This document shows, one piece after another, positions 1 to 12,714 of a stretch of 64,000 bases of DNA. The stretch comes from Isurus oxyrinchus (taxonomy: Eukaryota), in assembly GCA_026770705.1 (NCBI GenBank), contig JANJGN010000071.1, positions 1,054,001-1,118,000 of the forward strand. Reading direction: 5' to 3'. Under the pieces are notes generated by a model, which saw only the letters and a list, made by a program, of their open reading frames with translations, made no database searches and was not told the DNA's origin. The number at the start of each line of letters is the position of its first letter. Within the stretch, counting starts at the first letter, position 1. Position numbers and translations under genes: made by a program.

Positions 1-2164
1 ATGGGAATACTTGGTCTATAACAATGAATGCAAAACATGCTGATCGAATTGACTTCAGGGATATACAGACAGGAGTTTAACAAATGGTTCTGCCAAGCAG
101 ATATAAGAGAAAGGAGGGGAAAAAGAAATATGGCAGTCTTCCACAAACACTGCTGGAAAAGAGCAGAAATGATTTCTCCCTCTCTCTCTCTCTGTCTGAA
201 GCTAACAGAATGTCTTCAACAATGTGCAAGTCTGAGCCAGATAAAATACAGGAATCTACAGAAAACCAACTAATTTAAAACAGCTTCAAACTTCACAGCC
301 TACGCTGTAGTACAAGCAAACGACTCTTTTAATTTTTTATTGGACTCTATAATTATNNNNNNNNNNNNNNNNNNNNNNNNNNNNNNNNNNNNNNNNNNNN
401 NNNNNNNNNNNNNNNNNNNNNNNNNNNNNNNNNNNNNNNNNNNNNNNNNNNNNNNNNNNNNNNNNNNNNNNNNNNNNNNNNNNNNNNNNNNNNNNNNNNN
501 NNNNNNNNNNNNNNNNNNNNNNNNNNNNNNNNNNNNNNNNNNNNNNNNNNNNNNNNNNNNNNNNNNNNNNNNNNNNNNNNNNNNNNNNNNNNNNNNNNNN
601 NNNNNNNNNNNNNNNNNNNNNNNNNNNNNNNNNNNNNNNNNNNNNNNNNNNNNNNNNNNNNNNNNNNNNNNNNNNNNNNATTATTTTTCCTCCAGTTAGA
701 TAACTAATAAACTTACTCTTTCTTTGACTCCACCAAACGTGGTTTAATTGGTTCATTCTTAACAATCAAAGAGACTTGCTTTGGAAATTGCATTTGGGGA
801 AAAATATATTTTAAACCCTTTTTTTCAACCAACCATAATTACCTCTTAAACATCTTAATCTCATTACTACTGAATTCAAAGCCCACATCTCAAAACATAC
901 AAGTTGGAAATTAGTTGTGACAGTTGTTTCAAGTTTCCCTCCAGGATTTGAACAGCTCAGCATTTACCATCTGTTATGTCATAACAGAGCTTCCTTCAAC
1001 TTAACCAACGAGCCAAAAATGTATTGAACTGTTTAAAGGAGACCTGTTTTTCAAAAGTACAAGATTAGGCATTGATCAAAAATGGCTGTCACGAGTCACC
1101 TGATTGCTGATACTGCAAACTTGATCACTTCTCTGGAAAGCTTCAAATGAATTGCACTACAGACATGTTGCATGAAAGTTCTCACTGAGGTGTGTCAGGG
1201 TCCACCTGAAACAGGGGCTCCATTAAAAATGCAAAGCGCTGGACTCTGATCACTGTAGGTCTATCAAGCTAATGGGAACTGCTCACCATGCAGATATTCA
1301 TCAGTCTTTCAAAACCTCTTGTGGAGGATGAAATACCTTCATCTCCTGTTGATTTATATCTTGAAATGCATCAAATGTTTCAGAGATGCAAAGATCAAAA
1401 AAGGGATTACTTGGTCTGCGACAATGAATGCAAGACATGCTGATCGAATTCCCTTTGGGAATATACAGACAGGAGTTTAACAACAGGTTCTGTCAAGCAG
1501 ATATAAGAGAAAGTAGGAGGAAAAAGAAAGATGGCAGTCACTCAAAAACACAGCTGGAAAAGAGCAGAAATTCTCTCTCTCTCTCTCTCTCTTTCTGAAG
1601 CTAACAGCGCATCTTCAACAAAGTGCAAATCTGAATCAAATCACCACCAGGATGCCACAGGAAACCAATTAACCTTGAACAGCTGCAAACGTCAACAATC
1701 TACACCTCAAAGACAAGCAATTGTATTAATCATATATTCTTTTAAATTTTTATTGGAATCTAANNNNNNNNNNNNNNNNNNNNNNNNNNNNNNNNNNNNN
1801 NNNNNNNNNNNNNNNNNNNNNNNNNNNNNNNNNNNNNNNNNNNNNNNNNNNNNNNNNNNNNNNNNNNNNNNNNNNNNNNNNNNNNNNNNNNNNNNNNNNN
1901 NNNNNNGTGAGTGTGTGTCTGTCTATGTACCCTTGTGAGTGAGTGTGTGTGTGTGTGTACATGTGTGCGTGTGGATTGTTGCATCTTTATTATTAACGTT
2001 ATTTAAAAATAGTGATCACACAAGCCTGGTTTCTAAGGAAATGAAACTGCAAACAATTTACAGTAAAGTGAAACGTACAGGAATAATCTATTTATTTTGA
2101 GCTGATGATATATAATTATACATGAGGCATGTTGCTAATTTCAAATGTCATCTGAAATATGGCA

Positions 2165-2455
2165 GGTCTGACAGAGCAGCATTCCCTCAGTGCCCACCCT
2201 CTGACAGTGCAGCACTCCCTCAGCATTGACCCTTTGAGGGTGCAGCACTCCTTCAGTATTGACCCTCTGGGAGTGCAGCACTCCCTCAGCACTGACCCTC
2301 TGGGAGTGCAGCTCTGCCTCAGTACCGACCCTCTGGAAGTGCAGCACTCCCTCAGTGCTAACCCTCCAACAGTGCAGCACTCTCTCAGTACTGACCCTCT
2401 GACAGTGCAGCACTCCCTCAATACTGACCCTCCAACAGTGCAGCACTCCCTCACT
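2165..2455 (-). repeat. 33-bp minisatellite derived from a DeuSINE/SacSINE1-like element
   Basis: Tandem unit cagtgcagcactccctcagtactgaccctctga; produces the spurious RECCTVRGSVL ORFs. Confidence 0.85.
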
Positions 2456-2519
2456 GGGAAGAGTCCGTCCGCATTTTACGCTGAAACCTTGAGACGGTCT
2501 CAAAATCCCAACCTTCCAT

Positions 2520-3174
2520 CTCAGAGAGAGAGAGTGCGTTTATGTGAGAGAGAGAGACAATGTATGTGTGAGAGACTGAGAGTGTGTATGTGTGAGAGAG
2601 CAAAAGAGAGGTAGAGTGTGTGTGCATGAGAGAGGGAGGTAGCTTGTGTGTGTGAGAGAGAGAGTGTGTGTGAGAGAAAGAGAACGTCTGTGAGAGTGAG
2701 AGAAAATTTATGTGTGAGAGAGAAAGATAGAGAGAATGTGCGTGTGAGATAACGTGTGTGCAAAAGAGAGTGTGTGTCTGTGAGAGAGTGTTTGTGTATG
2801 TGAGAGTGTGTGTGTGAGATCATGTGTGTGTGTGTGTTTGAGAAAGAGGGTGTGTGTGTTTGAGAGAGGGAGTGTGCGAGAAAGAGATGGTGTGAGTGTT
2901 TGAGGGAGGGGGAGATTGTGTGTTTGAGACAGGGAGTGAGAGAGAACATGTGTGTGAGAGAGAGAGTGTGTGTGTATGTGTGTGTGTGAAAGAGAAAGTG
3001 TTTGTGCAAAACAGTGTGTGTTTGAGAGTATGTGTGCATGTGTGAGTGTGTGTGTGTGTGTGCTAATGTTTGTGTCTGTGTGTGTGTGAGGGTTTGTGTG
3101 TGAGTGAGTTTGTGCGTTTGTGTGCGTGTGTGTGTGCATGTGTGTGCGTGAAAGAGTGTTTGTGCAAAAGAGTG
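2520..3174. repeat. (GA)n/(GT)n low-complexity tract
   Basis: Direct inspection. Confidence 0.95.
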
Positions 3175-3459
3175 NNNNNNNNNNNNNNNNNNNNNNNNNN
3201 NNNNNNNNNNNNNNNNNNNNNNNNNNNNNNNNNNNNNNNNNNNNNNNNNNNNNNNNNNNNNNNNNNNNNNNNNNNNNNNNNNNNNNNNNNNNNNNNNNNN
3301 NNNNNNNNNNNNNNNNNNNNNNNNNNNNNNNNNNNNNNNNNNNNNNNNNNNNNNNNNNNNNNNNNNNACAGTTACACACGTTGCTAGGGACCACTTTTCC
3401 GCCTCTCTGTCAGACTGTGTGTATCTGACAGCAGGTCAGGCAGAAATAGTCCAGAATGC

Positions 3460-3779
3460 GCTGTGGTTTTGTAGCATTGAAACAACGACATGAACTAAAT
3501 GAGTGCTGCACCAAATAAAGACATGGAGTTACCACACCAAAAAACCACGTGACATCCCCAGTTTCACATCTCCCTCAAACACAGAAAAACTGGGTTAACA
3601 CTGACCCTCCTCCCAGAGCCAGTTCACCTCGTGTCCGATGCAGTCAGGAGAGGAAGATCATTTCTCCTCCGATCCTGCTAAACTGAACATTTCCAGAATT
3701 AGATCAGCTCCCTGAAGTGTCTCCAGTTAGACATTCATCTGACAGGATTGACTCTACAACCCTGGGGACTCATTCTCCT
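3460..3779 (+). promoter_or_regulatory. Putative promoter and non-coding first exon of gene B
   Basis: RUNX-type TGTGGTT at 3462 and ACCACA near 3531, ETS-like GAGGAAG near 3650, strong donor cct|gtaagt at 3779/3780 upstream of the signal exon. Confidence 0.4.
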
Positions 3780-3825
3780 GTAAGTAAAACACTTGCTGCT
3801 CCTGTCAAATCTCTTCTGTACAGCA

Positions 3826-4098
3826 TGGTCTCTGGATGTCCCAGAACACTTTACAGTTGAGTTCACCCTTTTTTCGAAGTGTGGTTACTGTTGTAATGTA
3901 GGAAAGGCAGCAGCCAATTAGCGCACAGCAAGCTCCCACAAACAGCAATGTGATCATCTGTTTTTGGTGATGTTGGTTGAGGGATAAATACTGGTCCCAG
4001 GACACCGGGGAGATCTCCCCCCTGCTCTTCCTCCAAATAGTGGCTGTGGGATCTTTCACACCCGCCCGAGAGGGCAGACGGGGGACTCGGTTTAGTGT
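3826..4098 (-). mobile_element. DeuSINE/SacSINE1-like SINE
   Basis: Reverse complement of the element at 15545-15860 (gaagagcagggg...cccggtgtcctgg...tttatccctca...cacattgct...gtgggagcttgctgtgcg). Confidence 0.7.
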
Positions 4099-4679
4099 CT
4101 AATGTTGGACTAATCTCCAGGCGAGGTTGGCTGGATGGATTATTGACAAGGTCCATTCACCCTGTAAAGAGTTTCTCTGGTTTGAAATACCCGATCAAAC
4201 ATCGAGTTCTGTGTCTAAACCTTGTGTTGAAAAGACACCTTTCCAGCTCTTCACCTGCCATTAGCTTGTTGAGTCTTCACACGCTCCGTCTGTCCATGGC
4301 CAACCCCTCTTAGCTCATCCTTTCCTTGTCGTACATCGAGCTGTTCATCCTGACGGGTTCCCTCCTTCCCAGTAACACTCCATCTCCGACATCAAACTAA
4401 CTCCCAACACGTTGATGAATTGTATGGATTCCAGCGTCAGTTGGTTCTGTCTGAGGCTGTTTCTCTGATCGGGGACCGAGCTGTTCTGAATGGACATTGT
4501 GTTCAGTACTGATCCTCCGACAGTGCAGCACTCCCTCAGTACTTACCCTCTGACAGTGCAGCACGCCCTCAGTACTGATCCTCTGACAGTGCAGCACTCC
4601 CTCACCACTCCCTCACTGGGGAGAATCTACCTGGGTTTTGAGCTGAAATCATGAGCAGGTATTAAAACATTCTGTATCA

Positions 4680-7580
4680 GAGAGAGAGAGAGTGTCTGAG
4701 AGACAGAGAGAGACAGAGAGACTGTGTGAGAGAGAAAAAGAGATAGAGAGTGTGCATGTGTGAGGGAGAGTGTTTGTATATGAGGGAGAGAGTGTGCATG
4801 TGAGAGTGTGTGAGAGAGAGTGTGTGGGAGAGAGAGTGTGTTTGTGACAGAGAGTGTGTGTGTGTGTGCGAGGGAGAGAAAGAGGGAGACAGCAGAAGAG
4901 CGAGATGAAGAGAAATGTTAAATGTTTGAGAGAGAGAGAATGTGTGTGTCTGAGAGAGAGAGTGTGTGTGTGTGAGAGAGAGTGTGTGCTTGACAGAAAG
5001 AGAGATTGTGTTAGTTTTAGGGAAAGTGTGTGAGTGTGCGAGAGAGTGTTTGTGTCTGAGAGAGAGAGAGAATGTATTTGAGGGAGGGAGACAGAGAGAA
5101 TGTGTGTGTGAGAGAGAGAGAGATAGAGCAGAAGAGTGCGATAGAGAGAGATTGTGAGTGTTAGAGAGAGAATGTGTGTGTGTGAGAGAGAGAGATAGAG
5201 TAGAGGAGTGTGATAGAAGAGAGATTGTGAGTGTTAGAGAGAGAATGCGTGTGTGTGTGAGAGAGAGAGATAGAGCAGAAGAGTGTGATAGAGAGAGATT
5301 GTGAGTGTTAGAGAGAGAATGTGTGTGTGTGAGAGAGAGAGATAGAGCAGAAGAGTGTGATAGAGAGAGATTGTGTTTGTTAGAGAATGAGTGTGTGTGT
5401 GAGAGAGAGAGATAGAGCAGAAGAGTGGGATAGAGAGAGATTGTGAGTGCTGACAGAGAGAATGTGTGTGTAAGAGAGAGAGAGAGCAGAAGAGTGTGAT
5501 AGAGAGAGATTGTGAGTGTTAGAGAGAGAATGTATGTGTGTGAGAGAGAGAGAGAGAGTAGAAGAGTGGGATAGAGAGAGATTGTGAGTGTTAGAGAGAG
5601 AATGTGTGTGTGTGAGAGAGAGATAGAGCAGAAGAGTGCGATAGAGAGAGATTGTGTTTGTTAGAGAGAGAATGTGTGTGTGAGAGAGAGAGATAGAGCA
5701 GAAGAGTGCGATAGAGAGAGATTGTGAGTGTTAGAGAGAGAATGTGTGTGTGTGAGAGAGAGATAGATAGAGCAGAAGAGTGCGATAGAGAGAGATTGTG
5801 AGTGTTAGAGAGAGAATGTGTGTGTGTGAGAGAGAGAGAGAGAGAGCAGAAGAGTGCGATAGAGAGAGATTGTGAGTGTTAGAGAGAGGATGTGTGTGTG
5901 AGAGAGAGAGAGAGAGAGCAGAAGAGTGCGATAGAGAGAGATTGTGAGTGATAGAGAGAGAATGTGTGTGTGTGAGAGAGAGAGAGAGATAGAGCAGAAG
6001 AGTGCGATAGAGAGAGATTGTGAGTGTTAGAGAGAGAATGTGTGTGTGTGAGAGAAAGAGAGCAGAAGAGTGTGATAGAGATTGTGAGTGTTAGAGAGAG
6101 AATGTGTGTGTGTGAGAGAGAGAGAGAGCTAGAGCAGAAGAGTGTGATAGAGAGAGATTGTGAGTGTTAGAGAGAATGTGTGTGTGTGAGAGATAGAGAG
6201 AGAGTAGAAGAGTGGGATAGGGAGAGATTGTGAGTTTTAGAGAGAGAATGTGTGTGTGTGAGAGAGAGAGATAGAGCAGTAGAGTGCGATAGAGAGAGAT
6301 TGTGAGTGTTAGAGAGAGAATGTGTGTGTGTGAGAGAGAGAGATAGAACAGAAGAGTGTGATAGAGAGAGATTGTGTTTGTTAGAGAGAGAATGTGTGTG
6401 TGTGAGAGAGAGAGAGAGAGCAGAAGACTGCGATAGAGAGAGATTGTGTTTGTTAGAGAGTGAATGTGTGTGTGTGAGAGAGAGAGATAGAGCAGAAGAG
6501 TGTGATAGAGAGAGATTGTGAGTGTTAGAGAGAGAATGTGTGTTTGTGAGAGAGAGAGAGAGCAGAAGAGTGCGATAGAGAGAGATTGTGAGTGTTAGAG
6601 AGAGAATGTGTGTGTGTGCGAGAGAGAGAGATAGAGCAGAAGAGTGCGATAGAGAGAGATTGTGTTTGTTAGAGAGAGAATGTGTGTGTGTGAGAGAGAG
6701 AGAGAGATAGAGCAGAAGAGTGCGATAGAGAGAGATTGTGAGTGTTAGAGAGAGAATGTGTGTGTGAGAGAGAGAGAGATAGAGCAGAAGAGTGTGATAG
6801 AGAGAGATTGTGAGTGTTAGAGAGAAAATGTGTGTGTGTGAGAGAGAGAGATAGAGCAGAAGAGTGTGATAGAGAGAGATTGTGTTTGTTAGAGAGAGAA
6901 TGTGTGTGTGTGTGAGAGAGAGATAGAGCAGAAGAGTGTGATAGAGAGAGATTGTGAGTGTTAGAGAGAGAAGGTGTGTGTGTGTGAGAGAGAGATAGAG
7001 CAGAAGAGTGCGATAGAGAGAGATTGTGAGTGTTAGAGAGAGAATGTGTGTGTGTGAGAGAGAGAGATAGAGCAGAAGAGTGCGATAGAGAGAGATTGTG
7101 AGTGTTAGAGAGAGAATGTGTGTGAGAGAGAGAGATAGAGCAGAGGAGTGTGAAAGAGAGAGATTGTGAGTGTTCGAGAGAGAAAGTGTGTGTGAGAGAG
7201 AGAGAGACAGAGCAGAAGAGTGTGAAAGAGAGAGATTGTGAGTGTTAGAGAGAGAAAGTGTGTGTGAGAGAGAGAGATAGAGCAGAAGAGTGTGATAGAG
7301 AGAGATTGTGAGTGAAAGAGAGAGAATGAGTGTGTGTGTGTGTGAGAGAGAGAGATAGAGCAGAAGAGAGCGATAGAGAGAGAATGTGTGTGTGAGAGAG
7401 AGAGAGATAGAGCAGAAGAGTGTGACAGAGAGAGATTGAGTGTTAGAGAGAGAATGTGTGCGTGAGAGAGAGAGATAGAGCAGAGGAGTGTGATAGAGAG
7501 AGATTGTGAGTGTTAGAGAGAGAATGTGTGTGTGTGAGAGAGAGATAGAGCAGAAGAGTGCGATAGATAGAGATTGTGAG
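4680..7580. repeat. Compound GA/GT minisatellite (~65-72-bp unit from ~5080) preceded by low-complexity GA/GT
   Basis: Unit gagagagaatgtgtgtgtgtgagagagagagatagagcagaagagtgcgatagagagagattgtgagtgtta repeated more than 30 times. Confidence 0.95.
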
Positions 7581-7844
7581 GACTAAACTCACTGAGAGTA
7601 AAAGCTGGACACCCAGCACAGTGAGTGAGGGAACAATGAATTTTTGCCGTGTTTGGTGAATCGGTTTGCGATGTCCCTTCTCAATCTCTCCTTCCTTGTC
7701 TTGACATTAGTTTATTCCCTGGGGCTGTTTAACTCACTGAAAGGTGCCATTTAACCACAAGTTGTTGTTTGAGGAAGAAACACTGGGGACAATTTATGAA
7801 AAAGTCTCTGTCTTTATCATTTCCATTTAGATGAGGAACTGAAG

Positions 7845-7890
7845 ATGGGAGAGGTCGGTCTGATATTGATCTTCATCAGCTTGCTGCAAG
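7845..7890 (+). pseudogene. Gene B signal-peptide exon (coding part MGEVGLILIFISLLQG)
   Basis: Acceptor catttag at 7830, ATG at 7845, hydrophobic core, phase-1 donor CAAG|gtacaa; ends SLLQ like the gene A signal exon. Confidence 0.8.
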
Positions 7891-8219
7891 GTACAAATTC
7901 ATTACTGATCGGAACTCAGGGAATTGGATTCTTTCCTGGAGTGAGGAAGTGAACATTTAATTTTAGAGAACAGGGTTAGTGATCACACAGAGAGTGAGCG
8001 AATAGCGAGTCAGAGAATATAGCAAAAGCAAAAGTCTCATACGGACTCGAAACACCAACTCTGTTTCTCTCTCCACAGATGCTGTCAGACCTGCTGAGTT
8101 TTTCCAGCATTTTCTGTTTGTGCATCAGAGAGCTTGTTTCAATAGGAATGACAGTGCATTTATATAGCACCTTTAATGCAGTAAAACATCCTTATTGCTT
8201 CACAGGATTCCCCCACAAG

Positions 8220-8640
8220 GGGTAACATCCCCTCAGCATCCACCCTGTCAAACCCCCCACCACCTCAGAATCTTATATGTTTCAATAAGATCACCTCTCA
8301 TTCTTCTAAACTCCAATGGATACAGGGCCCAACCTGCTCAACATTTCCTCATAAGACAAACCCCCTTCATCCCAGGAATCAGCCCAGTGATCCTCCTCTG
8401 AACTGCCTCCAATGCAGAGTCTATCCCTCCCTAAGTAAGGAGACCAGAACTGTACACACTGCTCCTGATACAATCTCACCAACGCCCTGTACAGTTGTAG
8501 CAAGACTCCCCTCCTTTTATACTCCATCCCTTTGCAATAAAGGCCAACATTCCACTTGCCTTCCTCATTCCGTGCTGTTCCTGAATGCTGACTTTCTGTG
8601 ATTCATGTACAAGGACACCCAGATCCCTCTGTACCGCATT
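8220..8640 (-). mobile_element. CR1 LINE 3' RT fragment
   Basis: ORF MEYKRRGVLLQLYRALVRLYQEQCVQFWSPY matches the CR1 ORF2 C-terminal LYxxLVRPHLEYCVQFWSP motif. Confidence 0.85.
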
Positions 8641-8710
8641 CTGCTGCCTCTCTCCATTGAAGTAATATTCTGCTTTTTGATGTCCTGTCTCTTCCCTTGT
8701 TGCCTTTCAG

Positions 8711-9012
8711 GAGTGACGTCAGAGGGATGGTCTATGAAGGCGCTACCTCGGAGGGCCATCAGCAGCTCTTGTGTGGTTATTCTGTGTAGCTTTGACTTTC
8801 CTTCCCACTCTTACACAGCACTGCACGGAGCTTGGTATAAATATTGGTATAGATGGAAATATACCATCACATACACCAAAGATCCCAATTATGGGGTGGC
8901 CACATTCGTGGGACGTGCTAAAATAATCGGCGACTTGGAAGGGAAGAATTGTTCGGTGAGGATTGACAGTCTCAGAGCTGAAGACAGTGACGTGTATTAC
9001 ACCCAATTCTAA
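8711..9012 (+). pseudogene. Gene B Siglec V-set exon (MAG/sialoadhesin-like), truncated after DVYY
   Basis: Acceptor ctttcag at 8710; SSCVVILCSFDFP...HGAWY...FVGRAKIIGDLEGKNCSVRIDSLRAEDSDVYY shows the Siglec double-Cys and E-strand Cys. Sequence switches to Gypsy gag at ~9000; stop at 9010-9012. Confidence 0.8.
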
Positions 9013-10070
9013 ATCTTTTCACCAATTAGTCGTCCTCATGAAGATGTATTTTCAGCTGAAGCCGTGGGTAATAATGCAGAGGTTTAAGTTTAACTCCAGA
9101 GTAAGGGCCCAGGGAGAGTCCATCGCAACCTATACAGTGAAGTGGAAGCAGGTGACTGAGCACTGGGACCTTGGAGACACACTCAATGACATGTTGCGGG
9201 GCCGATTGGTTTGTGTCGTTCACCCCAACGCCATTCAGAGCTGTTTACTCGCAGAAGCCGACATCGATTTGAAGCGCACCATGGAAATAGCGCCAGGCAT
9301 GGAAAGTGCTGGGAGAGACTGGCAGGATTTACAGGATGTACAACATGGCGCCAGTCCTCAGCTGGGACAGGAAACAACCACCGGGCGTGAGGCTCAAACT
9401 GGAGAGAGAGAGAGAGAGAGACAGCCGCCAAGCGAGAGACAGTCTCTGCCGCTCCAGAAACTAAAAGGCTTCGTGGGAGTATTTCAGCAGCAACTCCGAA
9501 GTTGGCCTGTTCTCGATGTGGGGGGCATTGAGCACGTACTGGACACCTGCAGGTTCAAGGGGGCAGAATGCCATCACTGCCACAAGAAAGGGGCGGGTAA
9601 TAAAGCAATGCAGGGTGAAATCGAGACAGCCCATCAGACAGTGCACCAACGTGATGGAAGTGAATAATATCACAGAGCCTGAAGCTGCTGATACCGATGT
9701 CTATTCCCTGTCCAATGTCACAGTGGTAAAAACTGAACCTATAACCATCACAACCCAAGTGAATGGGCAGCCACTAGTAATGGGGCAGATACGGGAGCCT
9801 CAGACACAGTGGTGGAAGAGCCCACATTTAAACAGCTAAATGAAGGAACCCAGACGCTGAATTTAGAGCCAACAATGGATCAGCTGAAGACACACACTGG
9901 AGAATCCATACAGGGAAAGGACCTCATCCCAGTACCTGTGTCCTACAGGCAGCAGACAGCCCAGCTTCCAGTGATCATAGCGACAGGTGAGGGCCCTAGT
10001 CTTCTGGGCCGAGACTGGTTCCAGAAAACCAAGCTCAGCTGCTCTGAAATGTTTCACTGGAGGAGTTGCT
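9000..10070 (+). mobile_element. Ty3/Gypsy LTR-retrotransposon gag-protease remnant (K02A2.6-like)
   Basis: PWVIMQRFKFNSRVRAQGESIATY...LGDTLNDMLRGRLVC...LLAEAD gag motif, zinc-knuckle-like CRFKGAECHHCHKKG, frameshifted protease (VNGQPLVM / DTGA; GEGPSLLGRDW). Confidence 0.85.
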
Positions 10071-10369
10071 GAGTTGCTGGGGGAATATGAGAGTGTATCT
10101 CGGAATGAGTTTGAAGAATTGAAGCATCCTCACAGGCTGCAAGTGTCCCTCAGGTCAGAGTTGGTTCCACTGGAAAATCCTGAAGAGAAAGAAAGCGAAT
10201 TCTGTGCCGCTCTGAGCAAACTGAAGAAACAGTTGGCAGGGAAGACCCAACCATGTCCAATGTTCCAGGAGGAAGGCAAGAGATACAAGGAAGAGACTGA
10301 AGAGCTGAAGATTCAGCTGAATGAAACCAAAGAGGCAGTTACAGTATCACAACAAGTTTACAGTGCAGA

Positions 10370-10732
10370 AGGAGGCCATTCAGCCCCTTGAGCCTGTTAC
10401 ACAGGAACAGGAGGAGGCCATTCAGCCCCCTCAAGCCTGTTACACAGGAACAGGAGGAGGCCATTCAGTCCCCTCGAGCCTGTTACACAGGAACCAGAAG
10501 AGGCCCATTCAGCCCCCTCGAGACTGTTACACAGGAACAGGAGGAGGCCATTCAGCCCCCTCGAGCCTGTTACACAGGAACAGGAGGAGGCCATTCAGCC
10601 CCCTCAAGACTGTTACACAGAAACAGGAGGAGGCCATTCTGCCACTTATGTCCGTTATACAGGAACAGGAGGAGGCCATTCAGCCACTGATGCCCGTTAC
10701 ACAGGAACAGGAGGAGGCCATTCAGCCCCTTG
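10370..10732. repeat. ~41-43-bp minisatellite derived from the antisense CR1 3' tail
   Basis: Unit gcctgttacacaggaacaggaggaggccattcagcccctcga resembles the reverse complement of the CR1 tail at 13375-13415. Confidence 0.85.
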
Positions 10733-11119
10733 TAGGGTGTGGTGGTGTGTGTCAGCTTCACCTGCGACTTCTGAGCCGTCTGAATCACTCCCAATCCCTG
10801 GGTTCTAGACCTTGGACTTATTCGGGGCTTGTCACAAAGTGCAGCAGACAACTGGTTTTGGTGCAAGACAAAAACTGAGTTTACTGAAGTCACAAATGAA
10901 CTTATAACATTAGGATGACACTGAGATTATACAGACTTACAAAGTACACTGAGTTAAGAATGGGGAACACACGGCATAACGAGGGAGAATCACGCTACTA
11001 ATGCCCTTACCCTTGTCCCACCCCCAAACCCTAACTAAATTGCACTAGGAGAGGTCAGGGGTCATGCTCACCAACCCAGGGTTCCTTGACAGTTGGAAAT
11101 TTTGAGAACCCTTCAAGAG

Positions 11120-11735
11120 ATGGGGAGGGTTACAGGGGCTGGAGGAGGTTACAGAGATAGGGAGGGTTGTAGGGGCTGGAGGAGGTTACAGAGATAAGGA
11201 GTGTTGTAGGGGCTGGAGGAGGTTACAGAGATAGGGAGGGTTGTAAGTGCTGGAAGCTGTTCCAGAGATAGGGAGGGTTGTAGGGGCTGGAGGATGTTAC
11301 AGGTATAGGGAGGGTTGTAGGGGCTGGAGGATGACACAGAGATAGGGCGAGTTGCAGGGGGTGGAGCAGGTTGTAGAGATAGGGAGGGTTGTAGGGACTG
11401 GAAGAGATTACAGAAATAGGGAGGGTTGTGGTGGTTGGAGGATGTTACAGAGATGGGCAGGATTGTCAAGGCTGGTGGAGGCTTGGGAGATTATTAGGGT
11501 TACAGTGGCTAGAGGAGGTGACATGTATAGGGGTGTTGTCGGGCTGGAGGTTGTTACAGGGATAGGGAGGATTGTATGGGCTTGTGAAGGAGGTTACAGA
11601 TATAGGGAGGGTTGTGGGAGGTGGAGGAGGTTACAGAGATGGGGAGGATTGTAGGGGCAGGTGGAGGTTACAGAGATAGGGAGGGTTGTAGGGGCTGGAG
11701 GAAAGGGACAGAGAGAGGAGGTTACAGATATAGGG
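11120..11735 (+). repeat. ~38-bp minisatellite (L2-derived), G-rich orientation
   Basis: Unit gggagggttgtaggggctggaggaggttacagagata. Confidence 0.9.
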
Positions 11736-11897
11736 AGGGAGACAGTCAGAGAGAGAGCCTCCAGGAGATAGAGAGCGATAGAGAGATTGAGAGACAGACA
11801 GAGACTGAGAGAGGGGGAAGAGAGAAGGAGAGTGAGAGAGAGAGAGAGCGATTGTGAAAGATGGTGGAAGGGAAGAGTGGGGAGGAGGGGGCCTGAT

Positions 11898-12238
11898 GGT
11901 ATTTTCGCTGGACCAGTAATCCAGAGACCCAGTGTAATGCTCCTGGGACCCTGGTTAGAATCTCACCACAGCAGTTGGTGGAATTTCAATTCAATAAAAA
12001 CCTGGAATTAAAAGTCCGATGATGACCAGGAAACCATTGCTGATTCTTGTATTTGGGTCACAAATGCCCTTTAGGGAGGGAAATCTGCTGTCCTTACCTG
12101 GTCTGGCCTACATGTGACTCCAGACCCACAGCAATGTGGTTCACTTTTAAAAAGTGGCCTCTGAACAAGGGCAATTAGGGTTGGGCAATAAATGCTGGCC
12201 TAGGCAGTGATGTCCACATCACATGAAAGAATGAAATA
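11898..12238 (+). mobile_element. SINE sharing its 3' tail with a CR1-like LINE
   Basis: ggaaatctgctgtccttacctggtctggcctacatgtgactccaga...gggcaattagggttgggcaataaatgctggcct; related copies at ~27500-27650 and ~29030-29290. Confidence 0.6.
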
Positions 12239-12714
12239 AAAGGACAGAGAGGGACAGACAGAGTCGAGAGACACCCAGAATGAAAAAAAACACAGTAAAC
12301 ACTGGAAAATAAACATTCTGGTCTGATCTGGTCTTGTATACCTTCAAATGGAACACCAGTAAAACAGGGAAATAAGAGTACTGGGCCAAACTGTTAGAGA
12401 GGGTCACATTTAGAGAGAGAGAGAGAGAGAGAAAGAGGGAGACACTGAAAGAGATAAGGACAAGGAAAGAAAGAGTGAGAGAGAGAGAGACAGACAGAGA
12501 CACACAAAGAAGTAGAAAGAAAGTGATAGAGATGAAGCAGGAGAGAATGAGGAGAAAGATAGATAGATAGAGAGAGAGGATGGTAGAGAAAGAGAACGAG
12601 AGGAAAAGAGACAAAGGCAGAATGTGATGGAACACTGAATCCTTGTCTATGCGTTTTGAAATCCAGCCCAGAACTATCATTGGAAGATTCAGCGAGTGTC
12701 CAGTACAGGGGACC

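Larger units (their letters stand above)
1..3510. repeat. Segmental duplicate of 50428-52023; includes a tandem ~1.35-1.4 kb unit, possibly LTR-derived
   Basis: Position 1 (atgggaatacttggtctataac) recurs at 50428; 680-1455 matches ~51046-51823; 3368-3510 matches ~51880-52023. The same block also recurs at ~1400-1760. Confidence 0.85.

Noticed and set aside
4115-4500. Unique-looking minus-strand stretch with RFRHRTR and a possible donor
   Set aside because: Stops in all frames examined and no Ig cysteine pattern; the resemblance to the V-set is probably chance.
10321-10878. EPVTQEQEEAIQP repeat protein, or a CRISPR-like array
   Set aside because: Head-to-tail minisatellite without unique spacers, in a vertebrate context.
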